A stretch of DNA of 63,138 nucleotides, filler included, from Polymyxa betae A26-41 (GCA_003693705.1; 5 parts of 5 records of this genome joined end to end with filler, not necessarily neighbours in it); one strand, 5' to 3'; shown: positions 37,564 to 51,069, counted from the first letter of the whole stretch. Numbers and translations: made by a program. The notes: generated from the sequence alone by a model not told the origin.

Positions 37564-39600
37564 CACCGTAACTCCGTGAGCCTGCTTTTTTCTACGTTTG
37601 CCCTGCCAATTGGACCCCGAAAATTCGCAGGTGTACAGAGGCAGAAACTCATCGGAAAATGCGTGGTTACGCATTTTTGTTATTGCATAGATTGAAAGAA
37701 CATTTGCTGTACATTGCGGAATACGGTAAACTGATGTTTTGCAGAAAACGCCTCGAGTTCGCATGCAAACACAGAAAACGCAGCTTTGCTTATATTCGAC
37801 AATTGATGAGGTGACTTTATCCAGCGTTCTGAAAAGTCGTGCATTTTTATTACTAAATATTGCAGGTCGAAAAATCGTATATACACAAATCTCATACAAA
37901 TCGCGATATCCACCCTCTTGATCTTGATATCATCTATAAACACGTTTAACGGCAATGTCGAATACAGTTTTCCGGCATTTGATAGTCGAAGTTTTGAAGT
38001 GAGCCTTGATGGTGGAACGCGCGGGACACAATTAGCACGTAGCACAGAACTGAAGGTCATCCGTTATTTCAGGAGACCATCCCTCGAATACGAGAACAGT
38101 ACTCCAGTCTGGTTACTATACAGCGTTATTCCGGCAGCAGCCAAGATCCATCAGTATTAAGCACCCTAAGCTCGGGCCGTATGGAATTTTACACTTGGCT
38201 TTGAGACACCGCAATAAGCATGTACGCTTCTCATCGCCCATTTACGCTTATTTCCTCCTTGATTTATAGCGGCAGATAACAAAAGAAACTGTCGATAAAA
38301 CACTTGGGAGGTCATCCATTATTTCAGGCGACCGGCCCTCGTACTGAGAGCCGTACATCCCATCTTCTTTATCGTCTTCCGCAGCTTGTACGAACTGCAG
38401 GGGCCCAATGCCCGGACAGATCTGAAGTCAAGCTCTTGGTCGGGCAGATGTGGGAGTGTGGCTTAGATGCCTTTTTGGATGCGACGAAGTTTGAGGTTGA
38501 CATCAAGCCAAGAGGTATTCAATAACACTAGGTAGAGTGGTCCGCCTCGGACTGTGCAACTATCAGTTGCTGGTTTAAATTGATACGAAAAGGTCACATA
38601 TACAAATGTGCGCAGTCAGACGTGACGCATTCATATGAAATTTAAGTCACACAAATCGCCAATTTCAGATTGGAAGATTCCTTGCTGATTCGATTGAAAT
38701 TTAGCAGTATTTCGCTCACTTGCATTTCGAATAATCACTTCAAGAAAATTCTGGTCGCTCTCTTCCATTGTTAATAAACACAGATGCCTGTAGTTAGGCG
38801 GGAATGCAGAGATTTACTTTTGCGCAAGACCAAGTTTGCAAGAGCTTTATCGTTTTTGATTCAATGGACACAGCTGCAGCAGGCACCGAAGGATTTTACG
38901 TAATCAACAAAGAGCCGGAGGCCAGGGTGGAACTCTTAGTTGCTGAGATCGATGCAAGGGAGCATTGCGTTAGGGTCCATTGTGAAGATGTAGATCTGCG
39001 AACACATCGTGCTGTTCGAGTGACCAGGGTTTTGGCAAAAACAGAAATCCCATTGGTCCGAACTAGTGGTTCCAATGAAAAAGTTCTCAGCAAAGGGTTA
39101 CGTTTCATCGCTGATCGGAATGATATTCGCTACGAAATTCCTAAGAAGGGTCTTCCAGCTGAAGTCATCTGGGTTTTGCAGACATCTCACTGTCACATTC
39201 TTTAGGTAGAAAGCGAGTGCGATCTGACGACCTCACATTATCTGAAAGCCCTGATGTGTATTGGAAACCGTGAAAAAAAAAACGCTCACTAGGGACGAGC
39301 TTGATGAACTGAAAATGGAGACTGCAAGTCAATGACCCCGGAGCGAAGGCTGATGTGCCAGTTGATTCGAGATCAAATCAAGTTCCAAAAGAAAGACCTG
39401 AAATTCCAGAGTGATTGAACGTTTCGACAAACCGTTTTCTAGCATTAATCCTGAGACAATCGAGGCTGAAGCTGAACGTTTGTTGAATGAGATTAACCGC
39501 AAGTTTCCGAAGGCCAGGGCTAACAAAGAGCTGGTTCAAAAAGGTAAGCTGAACAAATTTAGAACGTCTCTCGTGAGTGTAGCAGGCTCACACTAGCAAG
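37564..39600 (+). mobile_element. CACTA/CMC-like element copy 2 (terminal part)
   Basis: Terminus CACCGTAACTCCGTGAGCCTGC aligns with copy 1 CACCGGAACTGCGCAGACCTGC; has the hairpin and an accessory gene at 38804-39596. Confidence 0.75.
38804..39596 (+). pseudogene. Uncharacterised accessory gene of the CACCG-ended element
   Basis: MDTAAAG...ARVELL...VHCEDVD...KGLRFI and EAERLLNEINRKFPKA match blocks at 55475-56220. Confidence 0.6.
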
Positions 39601-39706
39601 ATATGTAAAAGCAGAAGTCATTTTATTTTGTAGGGTACTGTTGATCGACCCAAGAAAAAATAAAGATAGTCACAGCAAAAAATAAGAAAGAGATTTCATA
39701 AAAACT

Positions 39707-40473
39707 CTACATTCCCCCCTCTGCCTGAAGAGAGGCAAATGCCTTGCGGCTAACAGCATCTTTACGTTCAGAGAAGAACGCAAGAACAGCTTGAGGTGCG
39801 TCCGCGTAGATAACAGATAGCGGCTCCCACGGAGACTCTTCCTTGGCGAATCCTCGCCATTCGACATGAATCTCGAAACGAGATTCAAACTCATTCCAAC
39901 GAACATCGACAATACGATCGATTTCATATGCTCCTTTCTGATGAAGTATCGCTTCAACGAGAACAGAACTGACATTCAAAGAACTGTCAGAATACAACTT
40001 AAGACGTGTAACATGGACTTCCAGCCGAGTCCCATCGATCACCTCAACCATGTAGATCCAATCAGAGATAAGCCCCACAACGCGGTAAGGTCCTCTCCAC
40101 CAAACACTCAACTTGTCGTGCGACCGGTTCGCGTGCGACCAGAACGAAATCACCGATATTGAAATTCGGTAAGACACCTTGCTTACTGCGAGAGTCCTTC
40201 TCACGACTCTCTTATTTGACCTTCGCGACTTTCTCCTGCATAGAAGATAGCTCACTATCAAGTCGCTTCATCATCGACTCCAAAGCATCTGCAGAAATAG
40301 AAGACTTCGCCAACGTAGACACGACTTTGGCTCCTGAATTGTAGACACAATCCAGAGGTCTACTTGGCGGCAAACCCGTAAAGATAGTAACAGGTGCATA
40401 GCCATGAATACCCTGAATCGCATGGTTCAAAGCCCAATTAGCCATCGGCAAGACGTGGGGCCAATCCGAAAAG
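39707..40473 (-). pseudogene. Gypsy integrase C-terminus with chromodomain, followed by a PPT
   Basis: WRGPYRV, VHVTRLK, YEIDRIV...VEWRGF...WEP; GAGGGGGAA then TGTAG. Confidence 0.88.
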
Positions 40474-40573
40474 NNNNNNNNNNNNNNNNNNNNNNNNNNN
40501 NNNNNNNNNNNNNNNNNTTAATTAATTAANNNNNNNNNNNNNNNNNNNNNNNNNNNNNNNNNNNNNNNNNNNN
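40474..40573. other. Artificial contig linker
   Basis: N-TTAATTAATTAA-N. Confidence 0.95.
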
Positions 40574-40760
40574 GACGGATTCATAATGCAGACGAGATTG
40601 CGATGGTCGGCGAAGATTGCGAGCCCCTTCTCCCTCAACAGGAAGAGTCCCAGACGGCCTGTCGACTCGATGATGGGAAACGCGTCCTTCTCGATAGTCG
40701 ACCAGTTCATTGACTGTCCTTTGAATGTGGCACTCAAAAAAAACCTGCGGCTCGTGACGT
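40574..40760 (-). pseudogene. Gypsy RNase H fragment
   Basis: WSTIEKDAFPI...ADHRNL. Confidence 0.75.
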
Positions 40761-41963
40761 TGTTCGTAGGCGTCCCCGACAAGATCATCAGCGATCGTGG
40801 TCCTCAATTCATCTCGAAGTTCTGGAACCGCCTCTTCGAACTTCTTGGAGCAGATGTCTCCCTAACATCCGGTTACCACTGCCAAACAAACGGTCAAACC
40901 GAACGCCTCAACCAAGTCCTCGAGCAGTACCTCCACTGCTACACCTCCTACCGCCAATCCGACTGGTCTCAGCTCCTTCCTCTCGCCGAATTCTCCTACA
41001 ACAACTCTCAACATGCCGCTACTGGTATATCCCCGTTCTTCGCGCTTCGTGGTTACAGTATCATCCTAAATTTGATCCTGCTATCCCCTCCACTGCCCAA
41101 GTTCCTCGTGCCGAATCTTACGCCAAGTCCCTCACCGAGCTCCACTCCTGGCTCCGCGACCAGATCTCCGTCGCCCAGCAACGCTATCAAGACTATGCTG
41201 ATCGTCATCGTGCTCCTGCCCCTACCTACTCCGTTGGTGACCGTGTCTGGTTATCAACCTCTAACATCCCCTCCGCCCGTCCCTGCCCCAAACTTTCGTC
41301 CCGAAAGATTGGTCCCTTCCCCATCAAACGCGTCTTAGGTCCTGTTATTGTTGAACTCGACCTCCCGCCATCAATGAAAATCCACCCGGTCTTCCACGTT
41401 TCTCTCCTCACCTCTTCCCAACACCATCCCTCACCGTGTCCAACGTCCACGTCACCCTGTCTTCGTCGACAACGACCCATCCCTGACACCTCACTACCTG
41501 GTCAACTCGATTCTGGACTCCCGCTATTTTCGTTCCAAGCTCCAATATCTTATTGATTGGCAAGGTTATTGTCCTGCTGATCGTTCATGGGAGCCTGCCG
41601 AAGTCATCGCCACAGACGTTCCTGGCCTTGTCGCCGAATTCCATCGTTTCCACCCCGATCTTCCCGGTGCAGCCTTCACTGCCTCACAGCCCTCTCGAGC
41701 GTCTGGTACCCGCTCGTCTAGAAGGGGGGTAATGCCATGATTCACTACTTCCGCTCAGCTTCCGAGGAGCTACCTCATGAGTCATCTACCATCAATTCCA
41801 AGTTTCTGTTGACTCAAGTATCGTGACTCACAACTTCGAACCTTTGCTTTCTCTGTTTATCGAAATACATCATTCTCGAATCTATTCGATTCTTATTAAG
41901 TTTTGTTCGCCTGCTTCTCCGTAACCTTTGTTAATTCCTCCTCGCCCTGTCCCAGTCCTCACA
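40760..41963 (+). mobile_element. Chromovirus 3' half: integrase, chromodomain, PPT and 3' LTR (about 41733-41963)
   Basis: [34 protein letters not shown]...SWEP; AGAAGGGGGG PPT; TG...CA LTR. Confidence 0.88.
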
Positions 41964-42167
41964 CTAAACCATCTGTCTATTGAATTTGCATACCCTAGCA
42001 GGTCATCTATCCACACTATTAGAGAATCTTGTATTAGGCTTTTAAAGATTTCAGCCATTCTCGCCTGAAACCTAGTGGCAGAATTTAAAGCGCCTTGTAT
42101 GGATCTCGGTGTATACACACCTCTGTCAGTCATGAATGAAAACATTTCCCGACATTCTTCTGCCTAT

Positions 42168-44870
42168 TGGAAGACCTCCGTATTTGGAAAAATGCGCGAT
42201 GCGCAAAAGTGCCGCAAAACGGTCGCGCAGCCTCTCGCAAACATTACGTATATTTGTTGAGACTAAATACCGGTCTCGACAAATTCAATAAAATGCGCCG
42301 GGCTGCGCTTCGCATTTTGGAGGCCACGCTCGGTTTACAGTGCTGGGCTAGGGTTTTCTGTCTGTCTGAACGTCCTCGCGCTGGAACTGCTTGCTAGATC
42401 GACTCCCCGGTAACAAATGTCGCAGTCAAAAGGCAGGACGTGGACCCGGTTGGTCCTCTGAACAGCTTGATCGTCTGTCTCGTCATTCCAGGAGTGTTGA
42501 TTAATACTCACCGAGTTCAGGGGCGGTTACTCTGGCCGAAGCGATGCTCCCTTTCGGTGCTAATAAATGGGCAAATTTAGAGCATGAGTACAATCGGAAC
42601 TTGCCTGCTGGGTGGACCCCTCGTGAAGGGGATACAATCAAACGCAAGCTGCAAGCTCTAAAAAACATAATAAAACCGACAGGTAAAATTTTTAGCATTC
42701 ATTTGTTTGTATAATCAATTCGCTGATACCCAGGCGTCGCGTTCTGTCCGCCTGAGATCAGTAAGGCGAAACAATTGTTCAGAGCCATCGATCGGGAGTG
42801 TTCTGTTGCCGACCTCGATGACGACACTCAAGACAATATTCTGGCGCCAAGCGCTGAAAGGTCCCCTCCCAACCACGAAAACAGCCCAACCACTAACCAA
42901 CTGTAATCTGGATTTGTAAGGCATTGCGGTCATTCACCACGACTCAGATTATCCGATTTGGGCATTGATCCCACCAAGGATTCGGCTGATCTAGGGCAGT
43001 TACCACAAATTACCCATTTGCCTCCGCCAGCTGTTACGGCTGTGCCAAAAAAGGAGCTGCCGCCCCATCAGCAGCACCTTCCCGCCCCAATCCGGCACTC
43101 AGCCCCCCTCAGGCTGCTTCTCCACGCTGCAGGTCGTCGCCTACCGCCCTGTCAAAGCTATCGGGAGACTTGAAGTCGTTCCTCACCGGTGACCATGAGC
43201 CATACTGCTAGCCGACGATCAAAGCTCGACTTGGCAATTGAAAAATGACATCGTCTGATGACGGATCCAATATGATGGAGATGATGATTATGCTAGACGA
43301 GCGTCAGGCGGCGAGAAGTTTGGAGTATCGTCGAGAGCGCGACGAAGCTATGGCACGCGCTGAAGCCATTCGAGAAGAAGCGCGAGCAGAAGAACGGAAG
43401 CTTCGAGATGAACGTGAAGAGAGGATGGCTACCCGCGACGCTAATAATCAACAGATGATGATGATGATGATGGCCAAAGTCTTCGGAGTCCCTGTCGAGA
43501 AACAATGAATTTAAACAGTTAATTGTTTACATGAAATGAACGGATCTAATCTGGCTAATGCCAGTCCTTCGTACTCGAAAATTGTAGAGACGAAGAATAT
43601 TCGCCAACCGCAGCTCTCTAGCTGCAGGAGAGTAGGGGAGGGGTAGGTTCAGCTGCCTATAAACTTTGGGAGCCGATCCCATTCCCCATTCACCTGCCTG
43701 CCGGATTGCTGTAATAGCGTTGCTGAGCGCGATCATGGCAAGGCGGCATTGAGGAGACACCCGTTCTAGGTCGCCATCTTTCATTGGAGTGATAATTTTT
43801 CCTTGAAAATCTTTTGAAACAGGAAATGCAGAATCTGTGGCAATACAGCCTTCTGGCAAAGTCTTGCCTGGATCCAGAAGCTTTTCCTGTAATCCTCTGC
43901 TCATCTCAGCGTCGTTCCACGAACCAGGACAGTTGTGCCTTCCCCATATTAGATAGCCGTCAAAGTCATAACATAAAACACCTGTAACCCATGTGGAATG
44001 TAGCCAGCCTACTCGACGAAATTAATGCATAATCAATGGAGATCTCATGATCATCATTCCCATTATGCATTGCATTTTGCAGATCGACGTCAGTCGGTTC
44101 TTGAACTGCTAAATTAAGACCATCTGCTACTCCGAAACAGCCCTTACACAAAAGTCAATAGAGATTCTGAATCAAAATTATAGTACGTTGATTAACGGTT
44201 CTTTGGCGTTGCATAAGCTGGCCCATAATTGCTGTTCATCGAAAGAAGGCCAAGAGATACGGGCCTCTGGTATTTCTTTTAAAGCGCAAAAGAGAGCCGA
44301 TTCTGCTTTAGCCATAATTCGGGACATTGTCGACGGAGGAACACCGAACATTTTACAAAGCGATTTGTAACGAACTTCGGCAGTATAGAAATGCAACAAG
44401 CACCCCAGGATTGCGTTTTTGTGCAGTAATCTGCTGGGACGTCCACGTTTGCCAGGCCCATTCAAAACAATATAATGATTATCAAAAAATTTCAAAAGAT
44501 AATCGAACGAATCCGGATCGATAGAAATCAAGTTAATAAAGCTGCCTCGATCTCGGCTGCTATGAAGCGTGTGCCATGGTGATTCCGAAGGATCAATCAA
44601 TGCCTGCGTGGAAAGATAATTCCTTTCGCGATTAAGCATTCTCAAACGCAACAGCAATAGCAGACGTTGCCGCCGACGCCGCCAAGCTAGCCGGTCCAGT
44701 AAAACCCATTTAAAACGCTGTGTCATATTTATGATATCTGTGTCATTTTTGGTGGTACCCTATTTAAAACGCCGCGCGCAAATCCGGCATATTCCGGCTG
44801 CACAGCCCCTCGAAATTCCACCGCAAATATACTTTGCGATCAGGATTGCGCGATTTTTGGAGGTCTTCCA
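42168..44870. mobile_element. PIF/Harbinger (ISL2EU-like) element
   Basis: 12-bp TIRs TGGAAGACCTCC, AT duplication; plus-strand Myb-like gene (about 42414-43508) convergent with a minus-strand transposase. Confidence 0.9.
43527..44726 (-). CDS. Harbinger transposase (spliced, possibly near intact)
   Basis: FGVADGLNL, PGSWND, TDSAF, RQAGEWGMG, LYNFRVR. Confidence 0.8.
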
Positions 44871-47581
44871 ATGGCATCATCCAGAAGCCTTTAAATGCGT
44901 CTAATTTAAACCAGCATTTCGATCCAGCTAAGTTGTTAATAATCGCTTCTAAAAATGGAATCGGCCATTAGGTACTTTCAGATAGTGCATTAACCCCTCT
45001 CAGATCGACGCACATTTTTCTACTTCCGTCAGGTTTATTTACTATAACGACTGGAGAAGCCCATTCCGAATTATGGTTTCCTTCAACTAGGCCATTTGTT
45101 TCTAGTTCAATAAAGTGTCTTAGAAATTTACTGTCTTCAGTGCTGTCCCTACGATTTGGACATCTATACGGTCTTGAGTTTGGTACCAGGCGGGAAACAA
45201 ATGGTGTAACCTTTGCTGGGACATCGTGACCTAGTGTTACGCCCCATACATCTCTATATTTTCGAACAAGCCGGTTTATCTTTCCCGTCCATTCTTCTGG
45301 TAAACCGTTTGGTCTGGCGACTTCTATCAAATTTTTAGCCGTCTTCGATATTTCAACGTCTGAAGGAGCTTTTATCACCATTTTTTTTCAAAGCTGTCGA
45401 AGTCATCGCCTTCTTTGTCTTCTATATTATCAACTTCTTCTGTGACCTTATTGTCATCTATCTTGGCCCGTTTTCTCCAAATTAATGAGCCGAGCGCAGT
45501 TTTTGGCTCGATTTCGAGTTCCTCTAGTAGGTCACCCCGAGTAAAATTTCTTCACTGAAAAGACGTCTTAAAATGAGCATTTTCGCTGTCTCGTGATAAT
45601 TTCACCGGCCGCCCGATATTGAGTGTTACGCACTCCGTGGCTTTAACCTCAGTTCTATTATCAACTGGACGGAGTCGAGTCGTGTCTCTTAGCCGCTTCT
45701 TCTTGATTGACGGGTCTTTCGTCCTCGCAATCTGTGCTATCCTTAACGGGGTTAGCGACATGTTGCTCCACTATTACGTATACCACTGACGTACATGCCC
45801 TCACTAATCTTAACATCTATTTGCCGGGTTGCGTCTGGGTTTCTACCAATTCTACAGATCATCATGTATTGGAATCCTTAAATGTATTATCATGCTTCTT
45901 CAACAATTTGTGTACCTCCTCCTTGGAGAGGCCTTCTGGGCACTGGAAAGCTGCATGGCCGTATTTACAACAGTTGAAACACTTCAATTGTCACCGGTCT
46001 GATGAGCTGCCTTTCTTCTCGCCTTTCGCCTTCTTCATGTCTCGGGGCTTCTTGTCATCATTTCGCCCGCGCTTACGCATACTTCTTGTCATCTTCTTCA
46101 TCGCTTTTCAGGGTGTGCGTCATTTCATGGTTTATCGCCTTTTCGCGCAATAAGGTCATAACAGCGACGTGCTATTTTTTGCAAATTTCGGCTCCTGTCT
46201 CTTCTTGTTTTTTATAATTGTTTTCCATTCTTTCGGCTCGATTCCGTTGGTTAAGAACCGAACTTTCATCTTCCCATCTTCATCCTCAAAAAGATGATTC
46301 CATCCATTGTGCTTGACAAATTAATTACATTGGACCTAGAGATCCGTTACCCGCAGGCCTGGAGAATAGATCTTCAAGTCCATTTTCAACTTCTTCATCT
46401 AAATTTGGGAATCCTGCGAGCGATCATCTCTCAAAGCTTGGTTAACCCAGGCTTCGATATTGTTATTTGTGACATTCTCGACTTCGACGAAGATGTCACA
46501 CTCGCAAATGGTTTTTAAAACCGTCATCTAGATCATCGAAACCAAAGATCGTGTATTACCTGCGGCATTAACATCCCGAAAGTTGTGGATATACCGATCC
46601 TTGCTCTCAACGAATCTTAGGATCGCCTTGCGATCCAGCTTCCGTAGTAACGGGGCCCAATTCGTCTCAACCACGGCAAGATTACCGGAGGCTAGGTTTC
46701 GGTGACGGTCATCTGTCATCTGACTGCCATGATTAGCCACAATTTCTTCATTGTTGGACAGTCTGCCGTCATTACTATCGTCTTCATCATCAGTATTAGC
46801 CGACGAAGGCGGACTGAGTTCATCTTCATTGACTTCGACAGAGCCTCGGCCAGCCACTCTTTCTTCTTCTGTCGGAGTTTCGTAATCGTAAACGATTTCG
46901 TCATCATACATAGGTTCATCGTCAGACGTCGACATCAGAGTAGCCATCTAATTAAAAGAATTCTGGGTAGCAATCTTCTCGATTCTACGATCAGATCCAC
47001 AAGAGTGAAGGTAAAATCAACAATGTCTTATATTCAAATCCGAAAAGAGCTCCAGGGCCCAAATGTCGTCGCGGGGTCCGTTCAAGGTCTGGGACGAAGT
47101 AGTTCTTCGGGTAGCCCGGTCATAGTTTGAAAATCTTGTAGTTTTCTTGTTATCATTGATAAACTATACAAACTTGCTACAGACAGTGAAAAAGGGAGAA
47201 TCCCAACCTGCAATGTTCCAATTGCAAGGACAAAATTAAAACGAAAATATACCAATTTTAGCGGAAGTCCGTCTACGGCATTTTTATACCCCCGCTTTCC
47301 GAACCTCTTCTCTAACCATGCTATCTGTTAATCTCTCGCTTCATTCTGAGCTTCGTATATATTGGCCTGCCGTTACAATGTCCATGAAAGCCATCCGAAC
47401 CCCTTTCCAGTCTCAACACCTGATTGACTACGGTCTAAAAGTGATGCTGATCGACCCGCAATCAGAATGTGGTCTCTACCCGCTGCCAATTCTGCATTTT
47501 TTTCGGAAAAGAAATTCCTGGAAGGAAACGTCAGCGGCAGCAATAAAAAATGTTAAGTCTTGGCTGTCGTTTCGGCCCAGA

Positions 47582-48179
47582 TGTTAGGATCGAGTAAAAG
47601 GACCCCTGTTATTGGTTAGATAAGCGGTGCGATGACTCGGGGCGGAGGGTATGACGCGGGGGACCGGGGTCCTGCAACGGAGCGACGTCAGGGAGTCCTC
47701 GGAGGCGGAGCGGCAGGCACGGAGTGGAGCGTAGGAAGNNNNNNNNNNNNNNNNNNNNNNNNNNNNNNNNNNNNNNNNNNNNNNNNNNNNNNNNNNNNNN
47801 NNNNNNNNNNNNNNTGCGTGGAGGCCGCTCCTCGCCATTCATAGTTGGGAGACAAGGGGACCCGCGCAGTCCGTGACAGTAGGGCTCTTCCCCTATAAGA
47901 GTCGTCAGCAGGGGCGCAGCCCACCGCACAGCCCCTCAGGGAGGGCCAGTACGACTGCCTGGAGGGCGGCTGCGCGTACTGTCATGCTCAATGGGCATGA
48001 CATCGCCCCCCTCTTAGGCCTGGAGCGATTAGTCAGTCAGAGCGGGTCCTGGCCGGTCAGGGTGTCGCTGATGGAAGGCATCGATCTCGTTTTGCAGTGC
48101 GGGAGTCGGGTCCAATGATGTGGCGGGTTCCCAGGTTCGTTCGTGGATTCCGAAGCCTTTCCAGTGAATAAAATACTGA
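47582..48179 (-). mobile_element. Chromovirus 3' end: chromodomain remnant, PPT and LTR (47582-48002, with internal N gap)
   Basis: IHWKGF remnant; AAGAGGGGGGCGA PPT then TGTCATG...CCTAACA. Confidence 0.8.
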
Positions 48180-48279
48180 NNNNNNNNNNNNNNNNNNNNN
48201 NNNNNNNNNNNNNNNNNNNNNNNTTAATTAATTAANNNNNNNNNNNNNNNNNNNNNNNNNNNNNNNNNNNNNNNNNNNN
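48180..48279. other. Artificial contig linker
   Basis: N-TTAATTAATTAA-N. Confidence 0.95.
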
Positions 48280-49719
48280 GAAAATATAAGTTGATACACC
48301 TTACGAGAAAGATTCGAGCACGTCGCCGTGACGGGTTAAAGGCAAAACGGTTATGGATATTATCCACTGCACGAGATATACGCAAAATGCGTTTAATTGT
48401 CGACCCACGGGACGTATCAAACATTAAAATCTCGCATGCCTGGTATTACCATGGTTTTTTAAAGCGTTCCGGATTTTCCGTTCGTCGGTCTTCTAACGTG
48501 AAACAAATAATATCGGCTGGGCATTTATAACATTCGATTGTTTCACGTTAGAAGACCGACGAACGGAAAATCCGGAAAGCTTTAAAAACCATGGTTATTT
48601 AAGTTTCACGACGAACTGTTCAAAAAATTCAATGTTCAACCTCATATCGATTCTGAATTCGGACATTATACCAAACGGGACGTTCTTAACTTCGATCAGA
48701 TACCCCTACCGTTTGTTTGCGACGCTGACAGCCGTAAGGCTGACGATTTTGGAGCTGCACGTGTTTCGTGTCGTCAACCTGGCTCTGGCTTAGAAAAACG
48801 CCAGGCTACCATGCATCTAACACTTTGTGCGGATGACGACGCGATACAACCAAAACCTATAATCATCTTTAGAGGTACCGGGAAGAACATTCTGCATTCA
48901 GCGGAAAAGGACAAATGGGACAAGCGTGTGACAGTGTTGATTCAAAGTGCGCCTGGATGGATACGGATACAGCAGTTAAAGTTACGAAATGCTATCGGTC
49001 GGACCCTGCATTTATCGAGCGACGCAATCGCTTTGTTAATCTGCGACAATCTTTACGCCCAAGTCTCTGATAATTTTTTTACCGAAACGAGCAGCATTGG
49101 AGAAGTTTTGTATCTGCCCCCGAATTTGACTCATCTGGTTCAGCCAATTGCTGCAGGTGCTGGCCGATCTACAAAATATCACATGGGAAACGCATTGAAT
49201 GCTGCCCTGCAGAACCCTAACTTTTTGCAGAAATGGACAGGCGATAAGTTCACAGCTTCCGAACGCCGAGTTTGTATCCCCAAATGGGCTGGGGACGCAT
49301 TTAATGAGCTAGTATCCTGTAGACGCATTTCAAAGTACTTTCTGAAGACCGGATGTTTGCTACGAATTGATGGTACACCGAATCCAATCAACATTCAGGG
49401 GCTGCCGGTATATGCATACCCTAACGCATACAAGAAAACATTGGTTATAAATCTGGATAGCAGTGAAGACGAAGCAGATTCAGATGAAAGCGGTGCCAGC
49501 GGCGAGTTTGAAAGTGGATGCGACCAGGATTTCTACGGAAGTAGCGATGAAGAGCAGATCGAAATTGCCGATTAACCCTTATAAAAAGGCCACTTTTCCA
49601 TTTCACAGAATGTGATTTACCTTTCTGGATATTAAGACCATCTAAATCCTGAACCCCCATTTAGACTTAGACCCCGGACCCCATAAGTTACACCATAGTC
49701 TTCATAGAAACGTTTACTG
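48280..49719 (+). mobile_element. pogo/Tigger-like element with a disrupted DDE_1 transposase
   Basis: GFLKRSGFSVRR, NFDQIP, KPIIIFRG, ICDN, LPPNLTHLVQP; right end ...ACTG followed by TA. Confidence 0.85.
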
Positions 49720-49721
49720 TA

Positions 49722-50950
49722 CCGAAATTTCTATGGAGCAACCTGACGGATTTAAGTCCCAATTTTCCATCTTATTATTGCAAACTTCAGAAGGGTTTAA
49801 ATGGCTTAAAACAGGCTGGCCACATTTGGAACCAAAAGCTAATTTTTTTCTTAACGCAATCGCCAAAATTTTCACGATGCAGGTCGGATCCTTGATTCTA
49901 TTACCTGTTCACGAGTTCTGGTAAAATCGTTTTCCTTTCGACACTTGTAGATGATATGATGTTTGCACATAATGATGACACCATGATGGAAGTCGTCATC
50001 AGAAACTGAACTCTGAATTCGACATAACTGATCTCGGAAAGCCGGAGAAGCTTCTTGGATTCACAATTCATTATCATGAAAGCAACAGAACCATCAGTAT
50101 CAGCCAGCAATCGTACATTGAAGAGCTTTTAGTGGAATTTGATATGTTGGACTGTAACCGGTTGATACGCCACATCAGTTTGGATTTTATTTATCCAGAA
50201 ATATGAGCCCATCAACCGAAGACGAAAAGGTTCAGATGGGAGATGTCCCGTATTGTAAGCATTTCGGTTCACTCAATTATATTGCGACCAGAGCCAGACC
50301 TGACATTGCTCATCTTGTTATTGTATTATGCCAGTTTATGTCTAATCCTGGACGAGAACACTGGACCGCAGCGAAGCGTATATTACGTTACCTAGAAGGC
50401 ACTGCGTCGCTAGGACTTAAATTTAGCAATGATTGTAATCCAGATCTCACATACAAAGACAACGACTTTGCTGGTGATCCTGATCAACGACGATCAACAT
50501 CTGGTATTGCTTGTATCATGGCGGGCGCTGCCATCATTTGGAGGAGCCAACGGCAAAAGATAACTGCGGAATCGTCATTAGAAGCGGAATATATGGCGCT
50601 AGACCTAGCTGCATGAGAGACGAAATGGCAAAAACAATTTTTATTTGAATTGCGAATGTTACCAGAGGATACTCCAATCACTATTAGAGGAGACAACCAG
50701 TGTTGCCGTAGCGTTGCCAACAATGATAGAACTGATAGGCGCACAAAACATATCGACGTCAACTATCTTGCTACGATCGAGAGATAAGATCAAGGACGGC
50801 ACGATCAGGCTAGAGAATTACTCAACAGAGATGATGGACGACTCTCTCCCTAAGCCAATATCGAAACGAAAGTTTAAATGGTGTAGATCTAAAATGGATA
50901 TTACCGACTGCTCAGAAGATATCATCTTGGGGAGGGTCTGTTGGAGCGCA
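49722..50950 (+). pseudogene. Ty1/copia RT-RNase H remnant, PPT and LTR start
   Basis: MEQPDG, LVDD, RPDIA, AAKRILRYL, RRSTSG, EAEYMA, KHIDV; GGGGAGGG then TGTTGG. Confidence 0.9.
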
Positions 50951-51069
50951 TCCTGAATCTCCTAACCAGTAACGTTGATAGGACTCCCGTCACAGCCCTT
51001 GTTTACCAAAATATCTTCTATCACTAAAATCACTTTCCTTCTTTGTCCAAGTCTCTGCTGTCTACTTTA

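Larger units (their letters stand above)
41964..47130 (-). mobile_element. Degraded gypsy element whose RT is split by a Harbinger insertion
   Basis: gag 46528-46947, CFNCCKYGHAAFQC, WASPVV...CVDLR, LDAFKGFWMMP | AEECREMFSF...VWIDD rejoin across 42168-44870. Confidence 0.88.

Noticed and set aside
38150-38180. Conserved hairpin as a twister or pistol ribozyme (CCGGT-NNN-AAGC; TTAAGC.CCCTAAG)
   Set aside because: The required pseudoknot partners and P4 pairing could not be found.
37564-39600. Fanzor/TnpB-type RNA-guided nuclease with an omega RNA
   Set aside because: No RuvC or CxxC...DxNA motifs were seen in any ORF, and the hairpin is hundreds of bases from the element end.
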